From: an uncultured delta proteobacterium
GTDB taxonomy: Bacteria > Desulfobacterota > Desulfuromonadia > Desulfuromonadales > CAWANI01
Length of the DNA stretch: 64,000 nt
Direction: 5' to 3'
Assembly (NCBI GenBank): GCA_963783365.1
Contig: CAWANI010000015.1
Span: forward strand, 10,951-74,950
The position numbers and the translations under genes were made by a program. The notes under the pieces were generated by a model. The model saw only the letters and a program-made list of their open reading frames with translations. It ran no database searches and had not been told where the DNA came from. Position 1 is the first letter of the stretch. Each line of letters starts with the position of its first letter. Below are positions 36,446 to 46,131 of the stretch, one piece after another.

Positions 36446-37320
36446 GGGGTCTGCCTGGAGAGAGCCTGGTCGACGGCGTCGAGCTCGCACATTATCCAAC
36501 GCTGGTAGCTTTCGCCGTAAGGCTCGGTCTCGGTTGCCCCGACGATGGGAACGTGCGACGCTTTGGCAATCTTCTTCATCCTCTCCGTGATCGGATCCGT
36601 GATCTGGCTGTTGTAAATCAGTAACTTGACTCGGTGGGCTTTGAGGTCTTTCTCGAAGGCTGCGACGTTCGAAGCGCTTGGCTCGGTGTTGTTCATCACC
36701 GCGAATTGGAAAGACTGATTCCGGACCTGCATGCCGAGTGCGTTGAACATGGCGCCGAAGATCGGCTCCGTGGCCGTGACTGCCGTACCGGCAAACCGCC
36801 CGCGGAGCTCGGCGATCTTCGCCTGAACCGGTTGCATTGAAGCTTCGAACCGTGCCAGGCGCTGTTTGTATCCGGCTTTGTGGGCAGGATCTTCCTCGAT
36901 CAGTACCTGGGAAAGGTTTTTTGCCAAAGTCAGCATCGTCGTCGGGTCGTACCAGATATGAGGATTGTCGCCAGTCTTTTTACCGACCAACTCGGCGACG
37001 ACAATCGTTCTGCGATGGGTTGATCTGGCGGACTCGAGCAGTTTCTCCATCCAGGGGTCATAACCGATGCCGTTGTAAATGACGATGCGCCCGGTCGAGA
37101 CAGCCCGTCCCACCGAAGGGCTCACTTCGAACAGGTGGGGATCCTGGTCCGGGTTGCTCAGGATGCTGGTCACCTTGACGTCCGTACCGCCGATCTGCAG
37201 GGCAATGTAACCGTAGAAATTTTCCGCAGCGACGATTTTGACGGGCGTGGCGGCAGGTTGCGCCCAGGCGGTTATTATGGAAAGAAGCACGCCAACAGCT
37301 GCAACAGCAACAGTCTTCAT
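36442..37320 (-). CDS. znuA: periplasmic metal (zinc) binding protein, cluster A-I SBP (ZnuA/TroA type)
   Basis: Track ORF 36442..37407. ATG 37320 gives the signal peptide MKTVAVAAVGVLLSIITAWA. DPHLFE and NPHIWYDP motifs are present. Confidence 0.85.
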   Translation of the reverse strand: MKTVAVAAVGVLLSIITAWAQPAATPVKIVAAENFYGYIALQIGGTDVKVTSILSNPDQDPHLFEVSPSVGRAVSTGRIVIYNGIGYDPWMEKLLESARSTHRRTIVVAELVGKKTGDNPHIWYDPTTMLTLAKNLSQVLIEEDPAHKAGYKQRLARFEASMQPVQAKIAELRGRFAGTAVTATEPIFGAMFNALGMQVRNQSFQFAVMNNTEPSASNVAAFEKDLKAHRVKLLIYNSQITDPITERMKKIAKASHVPIVGATETEPYGESYQRWIMCELDAVDQALSRQTP

Positions 37321-37375
37321 TTTGAATCCTGATGAATGGTTTGTTGTATTCGGTGGGGTTAACCGACAGACAGAT

Positions 37376-37390
37376 GAAACATTATAACGT
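37376..37390. promoter_or_regulatory. candidate Zur box / -10 region upstream of znuA (GAAACATTATAACGT)
   Basis: AT-rich imperfect dyad resembling the Fur/Zur core TGTTATAnTATAACA. On the gene strand it reads ACGTTATAATGTTTC and contains TATAAT. Weak, sequence-only. Confidence 0.3.
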
Positions 37391-37493
37391 ACCGATTGAA
37401 CTGTCAAGGGTCCTGCCCCTTCCGGTGGCGTTCTTTTCTTGAAGTTTCTTTAACCTTGAAAAAACACATCGAAAAAAATCGAGGTTGACAGAG

Positions 37494-37798
37494 ATGTTGC
37501 GTTGTGGTCCTTATTCAAGAAATTTATTGAATTTGAGAGGGATTCGCTTGTTAAGTTCGAAACGCCGGTACAAAGACGCCATCTATGACCAGTTTGCCCG
37601 CATCGGCAACGCGATGGGCAGCTCGAAGTGCCTGGAACTGCAGGAGCTGTTCTGACAGGGGGGCACGCCGTGGAGATCCTGCGAGCCGAGGGGGTTCGCG
37701 CGATGTGGATGGAGGAGGGGGGCCGGGATTGGGGGCAGCGCGGCCTGCTGATCGAAAAGAAGAACACCATCCCCCAATTGGGGCCGTACAATCGATAA
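37494..37798 (+). pseudogene. ArsR/SmtB-family regulator remnant, frame broken near 37650 and C-terminal half degenerate
   Basis: Frame A reads RRYKDAIYDQFARIGNAMGSSKCLELQELF then TGA at 37653. The -1 frame continues LTGGHAVEILRAEG...GLLIEKK, collinear with ArsR wHTH proteins (...LELLDLL.QGE.TVE.LA...). Below the 60-aa track cutoff. Confidence 0.4.
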
Positions 37799-37820
37799 GA
37801 ATTACAAAGGAGAAGATGAT

Positions 37821-38150
37821 ATGAAAGTCGGCATCATTCGCTGTCAGCAAACGGAGGATCTCTGCCCCGGCAACACCGATCTCAAGGTGGCTGCCGAGGG
37901 GCTGAAAGGATTCGCGGAGACAGGGCCGGTGGAGGTCATGGGGTTCGTCTCCTGCGGCGGATGCCCCGGCAAGAGGGCGGTCGGTCGCGCCAAGGTCATG
38001 GTCGAGCGTGGCGCCAGGGCCATCGTCCTCGCCTCCTGCATCAGCCGGGGAAATCCTATCGGGATGGCCTGCCCACACTTCGCCCCCATGCAGGAGAGCA
38101 TCCGCAACGCCGTCGGTCCCGAGATCGCGCTGATCGACTACACGCACTGA
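37821..38150 (+). CDS. CGGC-domain protein
   Basis: 109 aa with MKVGIIRCQ...CPG...FVSCGGCPGK...ASCI...MACPHF. ATG follows AAAGGAGAAG. Confidence 0.75.
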   Translation: MKVGIIRCQQTEDLCPGNTDLKVAAEGLKGFAETGPVEVMGFVSCGGCPGKRAVGRAKVMVERGARAIVLASCISRGNPIGMACPHFAPMQESIRNAVGPEIALIDYTH

Positions 38151-38209
38151 GGTCACAATACCCTTTCTCGCCACTTGCGGCGGAATGGCCCGTAAGGACA
38201 ACCAGCCAT

Positions 38210-38890
38210 ATGAAAATCCTGCTCATAGAAGACGACGACCGTACCGCCGGATTCATCACCAAAGGGTACAGACAGGCCGGATATTCGGTGGAGCGCGCCA
38301 GAGACGGCGAGGAGGGCCTGCTGATGGCCCGCATCGGCTCCTACGACGTGGCGGTCGCCGATATCATGTTGCCGAAACTCGACGGGCTGACGATGATCGA
38401 GAAGCTTCGGGAAGAGAAGGTCGCGGTGCCTATCATCGTGCTCAGTGCGAAAAAGTCGGTCGATGACCGTATTCGCGGCCTTCACGCAGGAGGCGACGAT
38501 TATCTGGTCAAGCCGTTTGCATTTTCCGAACTGCTGGCCCGCATCCAGGCGATGAATGCGCCGCGCCTGCGCGGATGCCGGAGCCGACCCGCCTGACGAT
38601 GGCCGATCGCTGCGGCTCGACCTCCTACGTCGTCGGGTGACCCGGGACGGGCGGCAAACGACCTGCAGCAGCGCGAATTCGCCCTGCTGGAATACCTCAT
38701 GCGCAACGCAGGACGGGTGGTGTCGAAGACCATGATCATGGAGCATGTCTGGGACTATAACTTCGACCCGCAGACCAACGTTGTCGAGGCCCGCATCTGC
38801 CGGTTGCGCGACAAGATCGAGCGCGACTTCGACCGAAAGTTGCTCCACACGGTTCGGGGCGCCGGCTACGTTCTGGAAGACAGGGGCTGA
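38210..38890 (+). pseudogene. OmpR-family response regulator (CusR/CopR-like), linker region carries four compensating 1-nt frame changes as sequenced
   Basis: The receiver domain (MKILLIEDDD...DIMLPKLDG...LSAK) and the winged-helix end ([19 protein letters not shown]...VRGAGYVLE) are in the same frame. Between about 38560 and 38660 that frame has a TGA, and the homologous peptide ([29 protein letters not shown]) runs through the other two frames. Confidence 0.8.
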
Positions 38891-38891
38891 G

Positions 38892-40289
38892 ATGCTGCGC
38901 ACCGTCACGGCACGACTGACCGTTCTTTACGCCCTGCTTTTTTCCCTGCTTTCCCTGGCGGTTTTCGTGCTGCTCTACCTCCATCTGTCCTCCAGTCTCG
39001 GCACCCGGATGGATGAACGCCTCCAGGACATAGCCCGGGAATTCACCGAGCTGTACCGCACCGGTGATATGCAGGCACTACAGGCCGAGTTCGGCCGGGA
39101 ATCAGAGGCCCGGGGGAGCCGTCGCGTCTTTTTCCGGCTGCTCGATGCCAGTGGCCAGACGATGGTCGCATCCAATCTCAAAGACTGGCCGGACCTGGCC
39201 CGGAGCCCGGCATGGCCGGAAAGTTACCGCGGCCACAGGACGCTGCTGCAGACCCTGAACATCTCCAGGCATCACCACCGGGTCCGGACGATTCTTCAAC
39301 CGACCGGCGACGGGCATGTCCTTCAATTGGGTATCAGCCTGGCCGAGGATGATCGCCTTCTTGAGCGCTACCGGGAAACCTTCGGTCATTCTTTTGCCGT
39401 CATCATCCTGTGTGGTGCCCTGGTCGGCTTTGCCGTTTCCCGGCGGGCCATGGCCGGCGTCGAAAGGGTCCGGCAGACCGCCTTACGAATCGGCGAAGGA
39501 GACCTTTCTCACCGCGTTCCTCTGGGGGGAGAGGGGGAAGAAATCGACCTGCTGGCCAAGGCGTTCAACGACATGCTGGAGCGCATCGGCGCGCTGGTGG
39601 GAGAATTGAAGGAAGTGACCAACAACGTCGCCCACGACCTGCGCAGCCCCGTCACCCGCATCCGGGGGATTGCCGAGATGGCGTTGACCGGCCCTCAGGA
39701 GCCGACGGAGTATCGGGAAATGGCCGGGCAGGTCGTGGAGGAGAGCGACCGGCTGGTCGAAATGATCAACACCATGCTGGAGATCGCCGAAACCGATGCC
39801 GGTATCACCGCGCTGGATAGAATGCCGGTGGATCTGAGGGCCATCGTGCTTGAGGCCGCAGAGCTGTTTCAGCCGGCAGCCGAAGATCTTGGAATCGATC
39901 TTTCGACCCAAGCGGAGCAAACGCCCATCCGGATTTTCGGCGACAAAACGCGCCTGCGCCGGGTGGTGGCCAATCTGCTCGACAACGCGCTCAAATTCAC
40001 CCCTGTTGGCGGCCGCGTGCAAGTCACCCTGGCGACCGCCGGAAAAACTGTCACTCTTTCCATCAGCGACACGGGGACGGGAATCGCGCCCGGCGAGCTG
40101 CCCCGAATCTTCGACCGCTTCTACCGCGGCGACCGCAGTCGCTCCCTGCCCGGCAACGGTCTCGGCCTCAGCCTAGTTCGTGCCCTGGTTCGCGCCCATG
40201 GCGGCGAGGTGGTCGCCACCAGCCGTCGCGGAGAGGGAAGCTCCTTCACCGTCACCCTTCCCCTTGCCGACATGCCTGCCGCTGGGTAA
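38892..40289 (+). CDS. sensor histidine kinase (two TM, HAMP, HisKA, HATPase_c; CusS-like)
   Basis: Track ORF 38745..40289. ATG 38892 is one base after the regulator stop. The H-box is VAHDLRSPVT and the G-boxes are DTGTGI and GLGLSLV. Confidence 0.85.
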   Translation: MLRTVTARLTVLYALLFSLLSLAVFVLLYLHLSSSLGTRMDERLQDIAREFTELYRTGDMQALQAEFGRESEARGSRRVFFRLLDASGQTMVASNLKDWPDLARSPAWPESYRGHRTLLQTLNISRHHHRVRTILQPTGDGHVLQLGISLAEDDRLLERYRETFGHSFAVIILCGALVGFAVSRRAMAGVERVRQTALRIGEGDLSHRVPLGGEGEEIDLLAKAFNDMLERIGALVGELKEVTNNVAHDLRSPVTRIRGIAEMALTGPQEPTEYREMAGQVVEESDRLVEMINTMLEIAETDAGITALDRMPVDLRAIVLEAAELFQPAAEDLGIDLSTQAEQTPIRIFGDKTRLRRVVANLLDNALKFTPVGGRVQVTLATAGKTVTLSISDTGTGIAPGELPRIFDRFYRGDRSRSLPGNGLGLSLVRALVRAHGGEVVATSRRGEGSSFTVTLPLADMPAAG

Positions 40290-40444
40290 AGACGCGGAAC
40301 CTTTCAAAATGTCTCGGGCCTCGTGTTTTCTCCGCACCCTCTCATTCCTCACGAACCAATCCAAGATGACCAATCGGTAATCTTCCGATAAGGCGGCGGT
40401 CATCTTTTCGCGGTATGCTTTCCTTCTGGAAGGAATATACCTCG

Positions 40445-41848
40445 ATGAAGCGACCACCCGTCCCCTTGATACACGCCCTTCGGCCCGCCCTTATCCCGCT
40501 GTTCTGCCTTCTGGCGGCCGCTTGCGTCGCATACCGTCCGGCCCCCATTACACCCGCCAGGGTCGCGGCACAACTGAAACCGCCGACCCTGGTGGAGCTG
40601 CGGATAAGGGCCGGCGCGCTCCGACATCCCCTTCTGCGTGCCATCCCCTTTAATCCCGGCAACGGGTTCTCACAGGATGAGGCGGCGGTTCTGGCAGTGA
40701 TCGCCAACCCGGGGCTGAAGGCCCTGCGCGATCGGCGCGGCGTGGCGGCGGCGCAGGTCCTGCAGGCCGGAATCCTCCCCAATCCCGACCTTTCCTACAG
40801 CCTCGACGCCCCGGTCGGGGGCGTGCGTGAGGGAAAGGTCGCCGCCTTCGGAGTCGGTCTAGACTGGGAGGTGAGCCGTCTGGTGAGCCGATCCTCCCGG
40901 CTGCAGGCCGCCAAGCACGAGGCGGCGGCCGTCGACCTGGATATCGCCTGGCAGGAATGGCAGGTGGCCCAGGCGGCCCGCCTGCACGCCGTCCGCCTTT
41001 TCTGGATGGGTCGGCAGCAGCGGCTTGCGGCCAGGCGCTACCGGCTCCTTGCCATTGAGGAGAAGGCGTTGCAGGACGCCGTCGCGTCCGGCGAGGCGAC
41101 CTCGGTGGACCTGGCCTCGGTCGAGAAGGCCGCCGTCGCCGCCCGGCTGGAAGTCAAAACCCTTCAGGGAGAGGAGAGGACCGAACGGCTCGCCCTGAAC
41201 CGTGCCATCGGCCTTCCGCCCTCGGCCACGATTCCCCTGCAGGCGCCGGCGGCCACGGCTGAAAATTCGCTTCCTCCACTGGATCGGCTGGAAGCCGGCC
41301 TGGAGCAGCGCCGCCTCGACCTGGTGGCCCTGCGCCTCGGGTACGCCAGCCAGGAAGCCCGCCTGCGCGCCGAGGTCCGCGCCCAGTTCCCGCGCCTGCA
41401 GATCGGCCTGACCGGCGGGCGGGACAGTGATCGGCTGCAGACCGCGGGGGTTGCCATCACCCTTGGACTCCCCCTCTTCGACCGCAACCAGGGAACCATT
41501 GAGGCCGCTCGGGCTACCCGCCAGGAGCTGTTCAGTGAGTACACAGCACGTCTCTTCGACGCCCGCGCCAAGGTAGCCGAACTGCGAAGTCGATGGTCCG
41601 CCTCGGGGGCACTGCTCCGGACCCTCCGGAGCACTCTGCCCGGGATTCTCCGACGGGCGAACGCCTGCCGGGATGCTGCCGAACTGGGAGCAGAGACCCG
41701 AACCGGTTGCCTGCCTCTTGTCGAGGCGGATCTGGACGGGCAGGCGCAATTGCTGCGACTGCAGCGTCAGCAGGCGGAATCGGCTGTCGCCCTCGACCTG
41801 GTCGCCGGGACCTGGCACGGGCGTATCGCTGGAGGGAAAGAAAACTGA
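40445..41848 (+). CDS. czcC: outer-membrane efflux protein (TolC/CzcC family)
   Basis: Track ORF 40415..41848. A lipobox-like LLAAC signal and OEP repeats are present. It precedes the RND adaptor and pump. Confidence 0.8.
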   Translation: MKRPPVPLIHALRPALIPLFCLLAAACVAYRPAPITPARVAAQLKPPTLVELRIRAGALRHPLLRAIPFNPGNGFSQDEAAVLAVIANPGLKALRDRRGVAAAQVLQAGILPNPDLSYSLDAPVGGVREGKVAAFGVGLDWEVSRLVSRSSRLQAAKHEAAAVDLDIAWQEWQVAQAARLHAVRLFWMGRQQRLAARRYRLLAIEEKALQDAVASGEATSVDLASVEKAAVAARLEVKTLQGEERTERLALNRAIGLPPSATIPLQAPAATAENSLPPLDRLEAGLEQRRLDLVALRLGYASQEARLRAEVRAQFPRLQIGLTGGRDSDRLQTAGVAITLGLPLFDRNQGTIEAARATRQELFSEYTARLFDARAKVAELRSRWSASGALLRTLRSTLPGILRRANACRDAAELGAETRTGCLPLVEADLDGQAQLLRLQRQQAESAVALDLVAGTWHGRIAGGKEN

Positions 41849-41985
41849 GCATGAAAAAAACCTGTATTTCCGGTGTCGGTCGAGTCAGCGCTTCTTACCT
41901 GCCCACATCTTGGAGACTTCCATGCGAAGGATGACAAAACATCGCCCACCGCGGTGGTTGACGAGGACTGGCGGTCATAGGGGTT

Positions 41986-42975
41986 TTGCTGACCGGGACC
42001 ACCGCCTGGGCCGGCAGCGGGACGGTGGTGGCCCAGGCGCGCACGGTGGCCGCATCCCTGCAGGGCTTTGCCCGGGTCGAGCCCGTCGCTCTGGCCCGGC
42101 TCAGGGTCGCCCAGGAAGGGATGGTGACCGGGTGGAAGGTCCTGCCGGGGCAGGGGGTCGACGCCGGGGCCGTCCTCGGACATCTGAAGGGACCCGCCGC
42201 TGAGGCGATGATTGCCAGCCGCCGCAGCGCGCTCGTCGGCGCCCGGGGCGAACGGACGGCGGCCCGTAAGACCCTGGCTCTGGAGCGCGAGAAGCTATCG
42301 GCCCGGCTCGGTACCCGGGAGAACGTTTACCGGGCCGAAGCGGCCCTGGCCAAAGCCCGGGCGCGCCTCGACACCGCCCGTTCCGCGCTTCGGGTCGCTA
42401 AGGACGCCCTCATCCTGCGGGCGCCCGCCACCGGCACGGTCCTGAAGGTCGAGGTTGCGGCGGGCGAGCGGGTCGAGCAGGGTCAGACGATCCTGACCCT
42501 GCAGCCGGCGGACTCCCTCTGGCTGCGGGCCGTCTTCTACGGAGCCGAGGCGCAAAAGGTGCAGGTCGGCATGACGGGCCGCTTTGCCCCCGCCGCCGGC
42601 GGCGCGGCCATCCCGGTCACGGTCCGCACGGTTATCGGGGCAACGCGGCCTGACGGCGGCCGGGCGGTCGGCCTCGCGACGGCGCGACCGTCTCCCGGCT
42701 GGCAAAGCGGCGAAGCGGGAACGGTTATCCTCGAAGGGGCAAAAAGAACGTTTGTCACGGTGCCGACCCGCGCCCTCATTCTCGACCGGGGGCAGTGGTG
42801 GGTGCTGGTGCGCACGCCCAAAGGAAACCGGCGGCAGGCGGTCGTCCCGGGACCGAGCCGCGGCACATCCACTTTGATCGCGCAGGGGCTTAAACCCGGA
42901 GCGGAAGTTGTTGTCGAGAACGCCTATCTCGAATTCCACCGGGACTTCTCCCGCCACTACCAACAGCCGGATTGA
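41986..42975 (+). CDS. czcB: RND efflux periplasmic adaptor (HlyD/CzcB family); the true N-terminus probably starts at 41922 in another frame
   Basis: Track ORF 41986..42975 (TTG start) has adaptor barrel/lipoyl-like segments (ILRAPATGTVLKVEV, QTILTLQP). See the finding on the out-of-frame signal peptide. Confidence 0.75.
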   Translation: MLTGTTAWAGSGTVVAQARTVAASLQGFARVEPVALARLRVAQEGMVTGWKVLPGQGVDAGAVLGHLKGPAAEAMIASRRSALVGARGERTAARKTLALEREKLSARLGTRENVYRAEAALAKARARLDTARSALRVAKDALILRAPATGTVLKVEVAAGERVEQGQTILTLQPADSLWLRAVFYGAEAQKVQVGMTGRFAPAAGGAAIPVTVRTVIGATRPDGGRAVGLATARPSPGWQSGEAGTVILEGAKRTFVTVPTRALILDRGQWWVLVRTPKGNRRQAVVPGPSRGTSTLIAQGLKPGAEVVVENAYLEFHRDFSRHYQQPD

Positions 42976-42979
42976 TGCC

Positions 42980-45900
42980 ATGGACGTGATGGGAGCCGTG
43001 AAAAAAATCCTTTTGCGCCCCCTGCTCTGGGGACTCCTCTACGGCGCCCTGATCGCCTACGGCGCCTATGCTCTGCTCAGGATCCCTGTCGAAGTGCTGC
43101 CGCACTTCAACTTTCCGCAGATCAGCGTCGTTACCCATCGGCCCGGCGCCACGGCGGGTGAGTTGGAGACGCTGATCGCCCGTCCGCTTGAAGGGCAGAT
43201 CCTCGGCCTGGCGAACCTGATCAACGTCCGCTCGACCATGGGGCACGGCACGGTGCAGACCGACATCCGCTTCGCCCAGGGGACCGACCCGCAGCAGGAC
43301 CTGCAGGCCGTCAACAGCGCCATCGACCGCGCCCGGGGGAAACTGCCGTCTACGGCCCATCCCTACGCCGAGATCATGGGGAACGCCATCAACGAAGTTG
43401 CCGATTACACTCTCCACATTCCTGCCGCCGTGGCGCCGATGACAGTCCAGCGGGCGGTTCGCGCCTGGGTGGCGCCCGCGCTACGCGCCCTGCCCGGCGT
43501 GCAGCGGGTCGAGGTCTACGGCAGCGGCGACGAGGCGCTCTGGGTGCAGCCGGACCTGGCGGCTCTGCGCCGGTATCGGGTCCCCGTCACCGCTCTTGTC
43601 CGGGCGCTCAGGGAGCAGGTCCTCATCGGCCCTTCCGGCTATCTCACGCAGGGGCACCAGGACATCCTCGTAGAGGCGCGTCACCTGCCCACAAGCATCG
43701 CCGACCTGGAGAGCATCCCGGTGGCCGCTCCCGCCGGACCGATTCCCCTGCGCGATCTCGCCCGCATCGTGCGGGCGCCGCTGCCTACCCACAACGCCGT
43801 CTCTCTCGACGGCCGACCGACCATCGCGCTGACCGTTTTCAAGCAACCCGGCGCCTCGACGATCCCCGTCACCCGGGCCGTCGACAGGACTCTGACCGAG
43901 ACCCTCGACCAGCTTCCCGCCGGGGTGCGCTGGGTGCGCACCTACAACCAGGGGCACCTGGTGCACCTGATCGGCGCCGATCTGGGTCGCAACCTGCTGA
44001 TCGGCGCCGCCCTCGCCATCGCCGGCCTTTTCTGGATTCTGGGGGCGGGCCGCGGGATCTGGGCGCTGGCCCTTGCCATCCCTCTGTCTTTGCTGATGGG
44101 GATCGCCGGACTCTACGCCCTCGGTCAGAGCCTCGACCTGATGACCCTCGGGGCGCTGACCGTGGCGGTCGGGATGCTCGCCGACGACGCGGTCATCGTC
44201 CTGGAGAGCATCTACCACCGCTGGGAGGGGGGCGCCGAACACTGGGAGGGGATCTGGCAGGGCGTCGGGGATATCGCCAGCCCCGACATCACCGGCACCC
44301 TGACCACCGTCGCGGTCTTCGTGCCGCTTCTTTTCGTTGGCGGCCTGGCGGGTCTCTTCTTCATCCCTTTTGCACTCTCCATGGCGATCGCCCTGCTCGC
44401 CTCGCTTCTCGTTTCGCTGAGCCTCATTCCGCTGGGGCTCGGTTTCATTCAGGCGCGGCCGCGCGCCAAACCAACCGCAGGCGGGTGCGCCCTCGACCGC
44501 CTGCGCCTCTGGAACGAGCGCCTGCTCGACAAGGTGCTGCGCCGCCCGCGGCTGAGCCTGCTCGGCTGCGCGGGGCTGCTCCTCGTCAGTCTGGCCGGGC
44601 TCGCACTGGTGCCGGTCAACTTCCTGCCGCTGCCCAACGAAGGGGTGCTGCTGGAGAGCTTCACCCTGCCGCCGGGAAGCTCCCTGGCGGACACGCAAGC
44701 CGCCGTCCTCCGCGTGTCCCGGCGTCTGCGGGCCGATCCCGCCGTGGCCCATACCTTCGCCCGCATCGGCTCGCCGGAGAGCAGCGCCTACACCGAACCC
44801 GCCTACGCCGGGGAGATCCAGATCGCGCTCAAGCCGAACATCGCGGTGAACACACTCGATGCCATCGGCGCGCGGTTGCTCAAGGCAAGCCGCACCCCCG
44901 GCATGCAGTTTTCTCTGGGCACTCCCACCCTGGAACGGGTCGGCGAGAGTCTCTCGGGGCTGCCCCAGCCCTTCGTCGTGCGTCTCTTCGGCAGCCGGCT
45001 GGAGACGCTGCGCCCCCTCTCCGAGCAGGTGACGAAGCGCCTGCGGACGGTGCCGGCCCTCACCGACATCTTCAACAACGACGGCTACCCCGTCACCCAG
45101 TTGCAGATCCTGCCCAAACCGCCGGCCCTCGCCGCCTACCATCTCACTCCCGAAGGGCTCTACGCTCAGCTCGGGCCGCTTCTTGCCGGCGAGGTCGTCG
45201 CCGAGGTGCCCCGGGGGAACGTGCCGCTCCCTCTCTACCTGCGCCTCGCCGATGCTCCGGAGAAATCGATCGGGGAGCTTGGCGCCATGCCGATCCGCAC
45301 CGAGGGCTGGACGCCCCTGGCAACTCTTGCCGAACTCAAGCTGGTCGAAACCCCCAACCAGATCCGCCACATCGACGGAGCCCGCGCCCTGGAGATCCTC
45401 GCCACGCCGACGGGCACTCTCGGCGGTACGATCCGCGCTGCCCGTCAGGCCCTCGCCTTCCTGCCCCTGCCGACGGGCACCCGCATCGGCTTCGGCGGGC
45501 TCTACCCGGAGCTCGAAAAGGCGGCCCTCGGCCTGGGCGTCGCCGCCATCGCGGCTTTTATTCTGATGGCGGGCATCCTCGTCCTGCAGTTCGACGGCCT
45601 GCTCATCCCGGGGCTGCTTCTGCTGCAGATCCCCCTCGCTTTCACCGGCGGGGCCGTGGCCCTGGTGCTGAGCGGGGTGGGGCTGAACGCCACCGGCCTC
45701 GTCGCCTTTCTTGCCCTGGTGGGACTCAGCCTGAACCACGGCATCGTCCTTCTCTACCGGGTGCGCCGCAACGAGGCGGCGGGAATGAGCGCGGAGGCGG
45801 CGGTTAAGGAGGCGGTGCACGTGCGCTTTCGTCCCATCTTCCTCACCACCCTCACGGCGATCCTCGGCATGCTCCCCACCGCCCTCGGCTGGGGCCAGGG

Positions 45901-46036
45901 AGCGGCGCCCGAACAGGGGCTGGCGGTGGTCATCCTCGGCGGCATCCTCTGGAGCGCGCTGCTCAGCACCAACCTGATTCCGGCCTTGTACGTGTATCGT
46001 CGCACCCGCAACGCCATGAAAAGGGGCGCCTCGTGA
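42980..46036 (+). CDS. czcA: heavy-metal efflux RND pump (CzcA/CusA family)
   Basis: Track ORF 42908..46036. About 1018 aa from ATG 42980, with 12-TM RND topology and two large periplasmic loops. Confidence 0.9.
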   Translation: MDVMGAVKKILLRPLLWGLLYGALIAYGAYALLRIPVEVLPHFNFPQISVVTHRPGATAGELETLIARPLEGQILGLANLINVRSTMGHGTVQTDIRFAQGTDPQQDLQAVNSAIDRARGKLPSTAHPYAEIMGNAINEVADYTLHIPAAVAPMTVQRAVRAWVAPALRALPGVQRVEVYGSGDEALWVQPDLAALRRYRVPVTALVRALREQVLIGPSGYLTQGHQDILVEARHLPTSIADLESIPVAAPAGPIPLRDLARIVRAPLPTHNAVSLDGRPTIALTVFKQPGASTIPVTRAVDRTLTETLDQLPAGVRWVRTYNQGHLVHLIGADLGRNLLIGAALAIAGLFWILGAGRGIWALALAIPLSLLMGIAGLYALGQSLDLMTLGALTVAVGMLADDAVIVLESIYHRWEGGAEHWEGIWQGVGDIASPDITGTLTTVAVFVPLLFVGGLAGLFFIPFALSMAIALLASLLVSLSLIPLGLGFIQARPRAKPTAGGCALDRLRLWNERLLDKVLRRPRLSLLGCAGLLLVSLAGLALVPVNFLPLPNEGVLLESFTLPPGSSLADTQAAVLRVSRRLRADPAVAHTFARIGSPESSAYTEPAYAGEIQIALKPNIAVNTLDAIGARLLKASRTPGMQFSLGTPTLERVGESLSGLPQPFVVRLFGSRLETLRPLSEQVTKRLRTVPALTDIFNNDGYPVTQLQILPKPPALAAYHLTPEGLYAQLGPLLAGEVVAEVPRGNVPLPLYLRLADAPEKSIGELGAMPIRTEGWTPLATLAELKLVETPNQIRHIDGARALEILATPTGTLGGTIRAARQALAFLPLPTGTRIGFGGLYPELEKAALGLGVAAIAAFILMAGILVLQFDGLLIPGLLLLQIPLAFTGGAVALVLSGVGLNATGLVAFLALVGLSLNHGIVLLYRVRRNEAAGMSAEAAVKEAVHVRFRPIFLTTLTAILGMLPTALGWGQGAAPEQGLAVVILGGILWSALLSTNLIPALYVYRRTRNAMKRGAS

Positions 46037-46131
46037 ACGCGGCTATCCGACTGGAGTTGCTGAAGGCCAGCTACTATCCTGAATGCGCATCCGGCTAAAA
46101 AACCGCAGTCGTAAACGGAAAAGGTTAAAAC

